The position numbers were made by a program, and so were the translations under genes. DNA of 62,545 nucleotides, counting the filler, from Globobulimina sp. (lineage: Eukaryota), in assembly GCA_003354225.1 (NCBI GenBank). It is 37 parts of 37 records of this genome, joined end to end, with 100 filler letters (N's around TTAATTAATTAA, not from the genome) between each part and the next. Parts side by side here need not be neighbours in the genome. Positions count along the whole stretch, not along the records: positions 11,859 to 13,452 come from PIVH01014379.1; positions 13,553 to 15,146 come from PIVH01014380.1; positions 15,247 to 16,840 come from PIVH01014381.1; positions 16,941 to 18,534 come from PIVH01014382.1; positions 18,635 to 20,228 come from PIVH01014383.1; positions 20,329 to 21,922 come from PIVH01014384.1; 31 more parts are not named here. One strand, given 5' to 3'. The notes under the pieces were generated by a model, which did no database searches, was not told the DNA's origin, and saw only the letters and a program-made list of their open reading frames with translations. Below, piece by piece: positions 11,872-22,022 of this stretch (the stretch's first letter is position 1; each line of letters opens with the position of its first letter).

Positions 11872-13452
11872 TCACTTTTTCTTATTTTTCATTCTTTTTT
11901 TAAGTGCTTTTGCTCGGTCTCTTTCTTTTTTTTTCTGATATTTATCTTTCACCAAATCTCTCCGCAACTGCATCTTCAAATATTTCTCAATCAATTCCGA
12001 TGTGTTACTCTCTTCATTCACACTCTCTTTTGATTGCGACCAGAAACATTTACACCAACTCGTCTTTGTCTTTGCCTCTTCTTTCAATTTCAGCGCCAAA
12101 TCATGCTTCAACTTCTTTTCATTTTTATTCAATGACTTCAAATGTTGCCTCAATTGCTTGGTCCCACTCATTTTATGATTATTTTCCACCTCAATCGGTT
12201 GATAATTATGCACATCATACACATCCAAGTCCCATTCATCCAATTTCTCGTCGGCTGACTCGTAAATCAACGCCGATTTACTCACCACCAATCCCTGTCC
12301 ATTCCCACCGTGTACTATCTGCACATCCTCTTCTTTATTCTCATACAAATCACTTAATTCCTGCTCCCGGTCCGTCGAAATAGTGTTTATCGTCGCTCTG
12401 CGGATCGAATGTAATGCAAACTCAGTCTCTTTCATTTGAGACTCCATCTTTTGATGCAAACTCAACAAGTTCTCCAACAAACTGTTCTGCTGAATGCCAT
12501 AACCATTATTCCGCCCAAACGACAAACTCGAACCGCCCGATGCCTGATGGCTGGGACTGCCGTCCTGTACAACATCGTAATCATCAGAGCCGCCCGACGC
12601 TGTATGCACAGTGCCGCGCCGATGCCCGTCCAATGGCAGCGGCTTAAACCCTGGAAAGTTGCTCTGATATTGGCCTAATACGCTCTGCAAATCGCGTATT
12701 CTATGCTTTCCATCGTAAAACTCGCTTTCATTCTGGTTCAATTCATCCAGTAACTCCGCAATCCGATTGTTACACAGTTCCAATTCCAAGTTCTTTCCAT
12801 CGATTTTCAAGTGCAATTCTATATTTTCCCCACATTCCCGATCCAATTTATCCCGGTATTCGTTCAATTGACTCACATATTCATTCAATTCCAAATCACA
12901 TTCGTCCTCCGAACAGCTGGAACCATCCGCATTACGCAGAGAATTGGCTAAATTATTACCCATATCATCGCACTCAGAATCCGAGCCCCATTCCAGTATC
13001 TCATCACTTTCATCGTCCCCAGTTCCAGCCATCACCGTCTGTTCCAGTTCCACCACAAAGCTCTTTGCGCCCTTCTTATTTTCCATCATCTTCTCATCGG
13101 ACACAGCCTCCTCGACTTCATACATAACCACCGAGTCCTGGCTATCGTCCTTAGCCTCCAGCGCCGCCACATTCTGTTTATTCGCCCTCCGCCGCGTAGT
13201 CGCATTCGCCTTCTTGAGCATCGCCACCCGTTGCCGCAATTTGCCATTCTCCCTCTCCAGCTCTTTCACCCTCCGCTTGAGGCCAATGATGCTCTTTTCC
13301 TCGTTGATCTTGGCCTTATTCTTCACCTTCTTGGCAGTCGACGCAAACCGCAGCGTCCGAATGGTCTCCCCGCGGTTATAGATGTGCGGCGACACCGTCA
13401 CCAACATGATCGTCTTGCTGTTGCCGCCCAAGCTGTCCTTCAATATATGCGT
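11872..13452 (-). CDS. Kinesin (end of motor domain plus coiled-coil tail)
   Basis: LKDSLGGNSKTIMLVTVSP...ETIRTLRFASTAKKVKN. Confidence 0.93.
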   Translation of the reverse strand, partial: THILKDSLGGNSKTIMLVTVSPHIYNRGETIRTLRFASTAKKVKNKAKINEEKSIIGLKRRVKELERENGKLRQRVAMLKKANATTRRRANKQNVAALEAKDDSQDSVVMYEVEEAVSDEKMMENKKGAKSFVVELEQTVMAGTGDDESDEILEWGSDSECDDMGNNLANSLRNADGSSCSEDECDLELNEYVSQLNEYRDKLDRECGENIELHLKIDGKNLELELCNNRIAELLDELNQNESEFYDGKHRIRDLQSVLGQYQSNFPGFKPLPLDGHRRGTVHTASGGSDDYDVVQDGSPSHQASGGSSLSFGRNNGYGIQQNSLLENLLSLHQKMESQMKETEFALHSIRRATINTISTDREQELSDLYENKEEDVQIVHGGNGQGLVVSKSALIYESADEKLDEWDLDVYDVHNYQPIEVENNHKMSGTKQLRQHLKSLNKNEKKLKHDLALKLKEEAKTKTSWCKCFWSQSKESVNEESNTSELIEKYLKMQLRRDLVKDKYQKKKERDRAKALKKRMKNKKK

Positions 13453-13552
13453 NNNNNNNNNNNNNNNNNNNNNNNNNNNNNNNNNNNNNNNNNNNNTTAA
13501 TTAATTAANNNNNNNNNNNNNNNNNNNNNNNNNNNNNNNNNNNNNNNNNNNN

Positions 13553-15000
13553 AAATCAGTGACAAATGCGCCAATTAACAATGAAATCATCCATAACAGA
13601 ATCGTTAGCGAATAAAACCATTTACTCTCATTCTGTGTATTTATGCTTTTCCTTAATTTCAAACATTGCATCAATGAATACCTGGCAACAAATAGTTCCA
13701 TCGGATATGTAAAAACCATGGTTGCTGCAAGAACAGCTCTGGCGCAGTTAATCACTGTGTCATTATAACTGAAGTTATTCAATATGTCTCCTTTGGTATC
13801 TGTCTGAAAACAAACAAAGCCAACAATAGCTAACCACATTGAAAAAAACAATGATATTCCCAATGAAGAATGAGTGGTAATATCCCATCGTCTTTGTGTA
13901 TTATTACGCAGTGAATTGAACACAATGAACGAGTTATGATGACATACAAACTGTGTATATATATATTATTTGTTTTGGAAAAGCAGAAAGTGAGAAATTA
14001 TAAATATAGACTTAATTACCGCAGAAACCATAATACCGATACCAGCAAACCACTGTTGATTTATAACCAAATGGTTTGCTTTCAAACCACTCAAATCGTC
14101 ATACGATGATATATGGCTTCCTTTGATAGTTACAGCAAATACAATAAATATCACCGACAGGATTGAGAGCGAAGATGTTTTATCCAAAGACGCCATATTC
14201 TTCAATAAGGACAATGGTAACATGAATAATATGGAATATAAGGAAACTACCAATGGCCTGTTACACAAAATGGAATTTGGATGTAAAGTTTGGAATATTT
14301 TTGGAATGGTATCACCGATAATTATATGATAAACTGTCATTGCACCGAATGCAAAAGAAAATATTGACAATGATGAAATGTAAAAACCTTTGTTACCAAA
14401 TGCATATCGCATTGTTTCTTCGTATGATTTTTTGCGTATTTTTAAACCACATTTAATGAGTTGACTGACTCCATAATCTACAATCAATGCAACCATAATC
14501 ATTAAGAATAAACCAAATAAAAAGCCAGCTAATTATAATGAATATATGTATTACATTTATTACAAGCAATAATAAAATAATTAAACATTTAAGTAAAGCA
14601 TTTGGAAGTCCTATGTAGTTTTTATAAGTGATACACAACATATTATCACAGATAATGAAACAATTTAACCTATGATGCCTGCGCCAACGCTGAATTTGTA
14701 TGATATATATTTTAATTAAAAAGAAATTATTATTCAACGTAAGTAACGTAACATTGAATTGACAAAATTCATGGTGGCTCCTGGTATCCCACTGTGTTTT
14801 GTCGGCACTGCAACCTCATTCACATTTGATTCCTGTTTATTTTTATGATATGATTTGATGGTTGATATTTGTCTGGAATTCGAATATATATATTGGACCA
14901 ATGATATTTGTCCAATATCTACAACCAATGATGCTTTCTCTTCGAACTCAATCTGTTCTTGCAACTCTATCTCTGCAGGCTCTGCCATGATGTCACACAA
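13553..15000 (-). CDS. Amino-acid transporter (Aa_trans, SLC38A11-like), multi-intron, partial
   Basis: GATMNFVN, AGIIG, SYEE..YAFG, IIGDTIP, LPLSLLKNM, CHHNSF, TKGDILNNF and TYPMELFVAR across exons. Confidence 0.88.
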
Positions 15001-15247
15001 AAATGTTTTTTCAACTACGAAAATAAGATCTACTATTCTGTTTCGGTTTCGATAGCAAAAGCATTACATCTTCAAAACTTCAATACACTAAGAACTCAAT
15101 AAAATCTTTTCCAGATCCTGTAGTGCAATCCCAACAACGAAGAACCNNNNNNNNNNNNNNNNNNNNNNNNNNNNNNNNNNNNNNNNNNNNTTAATTAATT
15201 AANNNNNNNNNNNNNNNNNNNNNNNNNNNNNNNNNNNNNNNNNNNNT

Positions 15248-15421
15248 ACACATACCGGGGAGAAGCCGTATGAATGCAATATATGTTTAAAGAAATTTGC
15301 AGCTAGTTCTAATTTAAAAACTCATCGAAAAAAAAATCATTCACAATATAATTTTAGAAACTACGATAATATGTCACCATTTAATCAAAGCGAAAACGAT
15401 AATTCTGTAGATTCCAAATGA
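15248..15421 (+). CDS. C2H2 zinc-finger protein, C-terminus
   Basis: [31 protein letters not shown] (not in the ORF track). Confidence 0.85.
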   Translation, partial: THTGEKPYECNICLKKFAASSNLKTHRKKNHSQYNFRNYDNMSPFNQSENDNSVDSK

Positions 15422-15431
15422 ATATTCATAA

Positions 15432-15479
15432 CGTCCTACAAAATCATGAGTTTTGTATGACGGTCGTGTAAAGGGTTAA
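15432..15479. mobile_element. Putative piggyBac-like terminus
   Basis: ...GTGTAAAGGG|TTAA with a subterminal palindrome CGTCCTACAAAA-TCATGAG-TTTTGTATGACG. Confidence 0.45.
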
Positions 15480-15987
15480 GAATAAAACGCATATAAATGT
15501 TATATTTTTTTAAATGGAAATACTATGTGTTTTATTATTTATATTTTTTAATTATATTTTTTTAACAACAACAAAAATAACGTTTGTTGATTTCCAATAT
15601 AACTCTTTGATTTAGCAAAATAACGTTTTGGCGATATTACTCACACTCATATTATTACACACATATAATTATATCGCATGAGTGATAGGGTTTAATAGAA
15701 CAGTTATTTTGAAAAATCAAAAAAGTTATATTGACACATCATAAAGTTGTTTGGAATATGAATGTTGCTTTAAAAGTAATATGTATTGTGTGTTATTTTG
15801 GTATTCAAATAATTAAATTGACTTTCATTAAATGTCCCTTTGTTTTTTAGCAATTGTCTTAAAAAAAAAACAAATGTCTCTTTATGTGCAGTATATCATT
15901 ATCCGTTTAACACGCACCAAAAACATTTAATTATTTTGAAAGATGTTTTGAAAACACTATAGCCGTTTTTTTAACTCACTCGAAACA

Positions 15988-16687
15988 ATGAGTAAAAACA
16001 ACAAAATAGGTGCTTTGAAACAGTTTGCCAAACTCATCAGCACATTTAGTTAGTTTACACTATTGTGCAGATTACACATAATAATCATTTTAATACACTA
16101 AAACAGGCGGAAGAGATAAATTCAATAAAACTCTGCAATATGTGTCAAAAACATCGTCATTTGCATTGAATGACCCGGAAATAGTTGGCAAATTAAAAAA
16201 ATTAGATTCAGGATTATCCACTGCGAGGAAAGTTGATAGATTATTTTGGTCATTGGTTGACATTCAAGCGATATTGGATGCAATAAATGACTCAAAAACA
16301 AGTGATGCATTAAAAGTAATATCAATTATTGGTGGTTTAGCCTCAGCATATCATTGGTATACTGACAATGTCATATTTTTGAGTAAAATTAATTTTTTAG
16401 ATAATGTTGATACAAATGCTGTGGCAACAAGTGGTGCCAAAGGGGATTTTATTGGAATTGCTGTTTGTTTATATTTGCTGTATTTAAGCATTAATCAGGA
16501 AGAAGATGAAAAAACATTACACTTAAAAAAAGTCAGATTTTTTGGAAGTTTTTGTGATTTAATCTGTGCATTTAATGATTGTGGTGCATTGGAAAAAATA
16601 ACTGGGCAAAAAATGAATGCCGGACAATATGGTGTTGCTGGCTTGTCCTCTGCGCTTGCCACTGTTTATAGAGTTTGGAATTCATAA
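15988..16687 (+). CDS. PEX11: Peroxin 11, intron 16049-16106
   Basis: Spliced N-terminus LISTFSGRDKFNKTLQY, then LSTARKVDRL, DNVIFLSK, CDLICA and GVAGLSSAL. Confidence 0.85.
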
Positions 16688-16940
16688 AAATTGTCAAATT
16701 TAATTTAAACACTGCCTGCCTATTTTCCGTAACCCAGAACCCGATATATTTGAAAAATCAACAAAAGAGCAAAAATGGAAAAAAGAAAATTTAGGAAATT
16801 TCAAATACTGTAACTAAAGAAGATTAAAAGTAAAAAGTTTNNNNNNNNNNNNNNNNNNNNNNNNNNNNNNNNNNNNNNNNNNNNTTAATTAATTAANNNN
16901 NNNNNNNNNNNNNNNNNNNNNNNNNNNNNNNNNNNNNNNN

Positions 16941-17928
16941 TAATTAAGGACACTAATGAGAAGCAATTTTGCGTGAGTCGAGCGAGTAAATATTGATATT
17001 TTAAGTGTCCGGACAATTTATTTTAGCTGGCGACACTATTGATTAGCGCGTCGAAAGTTCACATTGAACCATACCTCATAGCCTCCTTAAAGGAGGTAAT
17101 TGAAGCTCCATTATGTAGTCATACATTTTAGTAATCAGCTTGGTCTCTGTACGTACATTGTGGTTTAGTTTTTTCGTGAGTAGTACATATGTAGTAGTGG
17201 CCTGTTGGTTAGTGCAGGTGTATTGAAAACTAGTAATTAGAAAGTTAAGTTAAAAATAAACCCAATATTGAGATAAAGAAAAATTAAACATTTATGCAAA
17301 TTCTATCCCTGTAGTAAAATAATATTACTAAGATAAAAAGAGTCCTATCTATTTGAATTTAGGTTTCGGTCCTTTAAAGTCTATACCCAATTCGGCACTC
17401 TTGATAGTGGACCTCATCAGTAGACTTATTAGGTTTTACCTAATAATTAATTAGCTAATTAAGGACACTAATGAGAAGCAATTTTGCGTGAGTCGAGCGA
17501 GTAAATATCGATAATTTAAGTGGCCGGACAATTTATTTTAGCTGGCGACACTATTGATTAGCGCGTCGAAAGTTAACATTGAACCATGCCTCATAGCCTC
17601 CTTAAAGGAGGTAATTGAAGCTCCACGATGTAGTCGTACATTTTAGTAATCAGCTTGTCTCTGTACGTACATTGTGGTTTAGTTTTTTCATGACTAGTAC
17701 GTATGTAGTAGTGGCCTGTCGGTTAGTGCAGGTGTATTGTAAACTAGTAATTAGAAAGTTAAGTTAAAAATAAACCCAATATTGAGATAAAGAAAAATTA
17801 AACATTTATGCAAATTCTCCGGCCACTTAAAATATCAATATTGTCCGGCCACATAAAATTGTCCGGCCACTTAAAATATCAATATTTACTTGCTCGACTC
17901 ACGCAAAATTGCTTCTCATTAGTGTCCT
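16941..17928. repeat. ~515-bp tandem repeat (16941-17455; partial copy 17456-17818) plus inverted copy of the unit end (~17855-17928)
   Basis: The sequence restarts at 17456 with scattered substitutions. The reverse complement of AGGACACTAATGAG...GGACAATT follows a stuttered junction. Confidence 0.93.
17355..17427 (-). ncRNA. Hammerhead ribozyme, non-circularly permuted strand order
   Basis: Minus strand reads AAGTCTA-CTGATGA-GGTCC-(15 nt)-GAATTGG-GTA-TAGACTT-TAAA-GGACC-GAAA-CCTAAATTC. All core nucleotides and three helices are present. Confidence 0.82.
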
Positions 17929-18384
17929 CGGATAAAATAAAATGCTCCTAGAGTACAAAACTTTATTCTTTTGCGGAGTTGGTATGGGGTTTAGGGCGCT
18001 GTAGATAGCCAATATTATTAAGGATTTGGTTGCGTTTTTGAGTTACAATTGTCAATATTGCGTATTTTAGTCATAACATTAACGATTCCATCATGTTTTT
18101 GCATTAGTTTCAGCATCCGGCTAGGTTAGCTCATGCACTTTTTGTAAAAGTTAGCCTCAGATAAAATAAAATGTTCCTAGAGTACAAAACTTTATTCTTT
18201 TGCGGAGTTGTATGGGGTTTAGGGTGCTGTAGATAGCCAATATTATTAAGGATTTGGTTGCGTTTTTGAGTTACAATTGTCAATATTGAGGATTTTAGTC
18301 ATAACATTAACGATTCCATCATGTTTTTGCATTAGTTTCAGCATCCGGCTATAGGTTAGCTCATGCACTTTTTGTAAAAGTTAG
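17929..18384. repeat. ~229-bp tandem repeat, two diverged copies
   Basis: Copies at 17929-18154 and 18158-18384, both starting C(G/A)GATAAAATAAAATG. Confidence 0.92.
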
Positions 18385-18778
18385 GTAACAGTCATTGCAT
18401 CGGATAAAATAAATCCCACAATTCGATGATATTAGATTTTATTTTCCGATTCGGGGGCGCCGCCGTTAGGCGGCGGGGGGGGGCCCCCCAAACGAGTTGC
18501 GAACGCGTTCTGGAACGCGTTTTGAAACGCGTCGNNNNNNNNNNNNNNNNNNNNNNNNNNNNNNNNNNNNNNNNNNNNTTAATTAATTAANNNNNNNNNN
18601 NNNNNNNNNNNNNNNNNNNNNNNNNNNNNNNNNNATTCTGATTTGTTCTCGGACCGTTTATAAATAATCTCCCTCGGTTTCTTGAAAAAGTATCCCTCGG
18701 CTTCGCCTCGCAAATAACTTTTTCAGAAACCTCAGGGACATTATACAATAAATAATAATATCATACATTCCATTCCAT

Positions 18779-18860
18779 ATCTCACCGTAGGATTCGAACC
18801 TACATCCATTTGGTTTGTAATCCATTTAAACCAATCCTCTGCCAATTGAGCTAGGCGACC
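18779..18860 (-). pseudogene. tRNA-like sequence (pseudo-tRNA or SINE head), isotype uncertain
   Basis: A-box TAGCTCAATTGG and perfect T-arm GTAGG-TTCGAAT-CCTAC. Anticodon stem TTGGT/ACCAA has an enlarged loop. Mismatches in the acceptor and D stems. Confidence 0.7.
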
Positions 18861-18885
18861 ATTTTTCTTATTTCTTGTATTTACC

Positions 18886-18984
18886 AAAAACCGATTTAAA
18901 GTTGGCAATCTAAAGCGTAAGTGCCATGTAATTGAACCTTTTTGAGTTCACTCTCAGAAAATAGTTAGTTAGCAGTAGTATAAT
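18886..18984 (+). repeat. Dispersed repeat, copy 1 (shared with 35642-35740)
   Basis: 63 bp identical (18886-18948 = 35642-35704), with similarity extending to ~99 bp. Confidence 0.9.
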
Positions 18985-19833
18985 TGACGGTAAAGCCATT
19001 CAAAAGTAATATAGCCATCAGAAAAACACCAATCACCATCTGTATCACCATGACCTGTATACCAAATCATCAATGCTTTTCGTTTATTTTGAAGAAATTG
19101 CGGTCACTTTAAATGCGGTCACTTGATGCGGTCACGTGATTTCGACTTTTGGTTCCATTTAATAGATAAAGTTATTTTTTCACCACCTTTGACATCAAAA
19201 TCCACATTTAAACTTCCATCTGTTCTTGAATATGAAAATTTACTCATTGATTTAGCTGTTCCTTTGACGCCATCACCTCTTGATGCTATTATCAAAACTG
19301 CACAGTCAGCAATATCTGGATTATTCTCTTTTGCGTATGACATTTTCTAAGCGGGTTCAACTGGATCACGATACACATAATCCTCATTGTACGATTTTAC
19401 TACCACTTTTAGTGATGATTGTCCCATGTCCCTACTCTCAACTAATTAAAGAATTCAGAGTGAAAAGGCGGTAGCAATGTGGTAGGCGGCCACTCGATAA
19501 CTTATCCAGGCCCAAGGAAATATCTTCAAAACTTTAAGAAACACTTTTAATACTTTCGTTTCTACATTTCAGAATATCGAATATACCTATTGCCTTAATC
19601 AGGTAATCTATCGTTACTCGAAATTACTTCGGTAAAAGATAACGATGATACACTTTAAATAAAGACAAAAAAATCCATATCCACTCGACAAAAACTGATA
19701 AAAATAATACAAAAAATGCATATCCACAAACTAAACCACTAAATATATATAAAATAATAAACAAACAAAATTTAACTAATCAATATAATTTAGATACCAT
19801 TTTCGCAGACCCAGATATTATACGATCAACCGC

Positions 19834-20228
19834 ATGGAACGTAAAGACCAAATCAATAAACGATTAACCGCAAAAGTGTCAAATATTCAAAGACCACCAA
19901 ACCAAGCGAATGAGAATGAGAATATTAACGATTCATTATTCAGTGATTTAGAAGATATAGAAAATTATTGTTCAACATTTGATACAACAAAACCATCCAA
20001 TTACACATTGACACAATGTCCGCAAAAGGCAACTGTAGTATCGTCAGTTATAAATTTATGTAATTCATTAGTTGGGTCAGGCATTTTAGGATTAGCATAT
20101 GCTGTGAAGGAAATAGGATGGTTGTCATCTATTATATTATTAAGTGTATGTGCTGTAATATGTGCATTTACATTTCAATTACAAACATCGGCAGCGATAA
20201 TATACAATAATTCAACTCAATCCTTGTC
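19834..20228 (+). CDS. Amino-acid transporter (Aa_trans), N-terminus
   Basis: ATVVSSVINLCNSLVGSGILGLAYAVKEIGW. Confidence 0.88.
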
Positions 20229-21050
20229 NNNNNNNNNNNNNNNNNNNNNNNNNNNNNNNNNNNNNNNNNNNNTTAATTAATTAANNNNNNNNNNNNNNNN
20301 NNNNNNNNNNNNNNNNNNNNNNNNNNNNGATTCTTTTAATTGTGTTTCAATGAACTTTCTCATTCGTTGAGTTCTTTGTGTTATATGTTTTTGTTTGCGT
20401 TGCTTTCGAAACAGGACAAGGAATAATAACAACATAACAATGGCAGCAATAATAACAAGCACACCATCCTCATTACCGATAACCACAGCAGTTTGATTAT
20501 TAGATGCAATCTTTTCTCTTCCTGTACGTTTAAAATATTTTTGTTTTATTTGTCTATGGTTGTTTGTGCTTTCTGTCGTATTTATTTTGTTGTTTTTGCA
20601 TTATGTGTTTTATTGCATGCATATTCGGACACGGTTTGCTTTGGTTACTCGTGTTGTGTTGCTACAGACAAAATTTATTCTGTACATTTGGAACGTATAT
20701 ATGCTCTGTATATATGGCATAATAGCTATCAAGAAATAAATAGCTTTATAACAATGATATGACACAATATATTTAATTGAAATTAGTGCGTTGGTCAATC
20801 AATTCATATATAATACATACGTGAACTACAAAAAATTGGTAATAATGAGCCAAATGCTGACACATACAATGCATAATAACGCCTACATATTGTGTGTCGC
20901 GACAGTTTCTGTGTATTATTATTATTATTATACTCATTCATTTGGTTGGCAGTGTCAGGCGGTGCTAAACGTGTATATGCGGATATTGATGATCTGACAA
21001 TGTTATAATTATCGACTGAATAATTCTGAATGTGATATGATTTATATATA

Positions 21051-21710
21051 TTATATAATTATTTTGTGGCAATAATGGAATGCGAATATCTTAACTAATT
21101 TAGGTTTATCAATCATTATTGTTGTGATATTATTGTTGTGATATGTTTTGGAAACGATTGTTTGTGATAAATAAGGGATTTCCTCATTGTCGCCCAAATA
21201 AACCAATAAAGCCGACTCCAAATCCGATAATGAACAATTTAGTGAGTCGCAGACATTCGGCACACAAATAATATCAATTAATTCTTTTGGTGCCGCATAT
21301 ATTTTTGTGTAGGATACACTTTCTTTTTTTTCATCCTCTTCCTCTTCTTTCCCAATGTCAACATAATCGATGTCTTCTTCCTCTTCTTTGACATCTATAT
21401 TTGCTGTCGTTGCCTCATCCATTTGTTTAACTTCACTCTCTTTGAAATTATCCAACAATTCGCAATATAAAGTGGCCCGATCTCGAACTTCGTCGTCTTG
21501 ATCATTCAAAGAGCGTTGCAATAATTGAAATATGTCATTTTTGAGTCGCGGCTCAAGCACAGCGCATTTGGTTAAACACGAAACCGCCGCAGCTCTGTCT
21601 AACGACGTCTCATTAAATGCTTTCGCTTCACGTAAAACTTGCGATTTCTGGAGTTGATAAAATGGAGATAAGTCCTCGTCTTCCTGGTGTTTGCGAGTTT
21701 GGAGGGCCAT
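21051..21710 (-). pseudogene. COPG: Coatomer gamma subunit, internally deleted and truncated
   Basis: N-terminal SPFYQLQKSQVLREAKAFNE is joined directly to RAAAVSCLTK...LLQRSLNDQDDEVRDRATLY. Confidence 0.75.
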
Positions 21711-21751
21711 GGTTTTTTGAGAGGTTTTTTATTTTTTATCAAGTGAATAGA

Positions 21752-21922
21752 ATGGATGCACTTGACCTATGTGGGATTTTTTTATGCATATTCAATTATA
21801 TCGTGCTTGTTCCAGTGACTTTATATGGATTGCATTGCTACAGATTACTAAAGAAACAATGTTATATTCGCAAAAACCGAGACAGTTTCCTAACAAACGC
21901 GATCCATACATTCCTCATAATT
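21752..21922 (+). CDS. Membrane (7TM-like) protein N-terminus
   Basis: MDALDLCGIFLCIFNYIVLVPVTLYGL...YIRKNR, divergent from the COPG-like ORF. Confidence 0.5.
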
Positions 21923-22022
21923 NNNNNNNNNNNNNNNNNNNNNNNNNNNNNNNNNNNNNNNNNNNNTTAATTAATTAANNNNNNNNNNNNNNNNNNNNNN
22001 NNNNNNNNNNNNNNNNNNNNNN

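Noticed and set aside
11904-13500. Several plus-strand ORFs opposite the kinesin
   Set aside because: They are antisense shadow ORFs of a relatively GC-rich gene.
17355-17445. Canonical type III hammerhead using upstream TTAGGTA as the cleavage strand
   Set aside because: No convincing stem I forms after that site, whereas the permuted fold gives a perfect 7-bp stem I.
16941-18534. Mitochondrial control region or rRNA fragment
   Set aside because: No tRNA, rRNA or mitochondrial ORF is recognisable, and the TTTCGGTCC motif is explained by the hammerhead core.
19405-19520. Possible C/D snoRNA (GTGATGA box)
   Set aside because: No matching D box or terminal stem was found.
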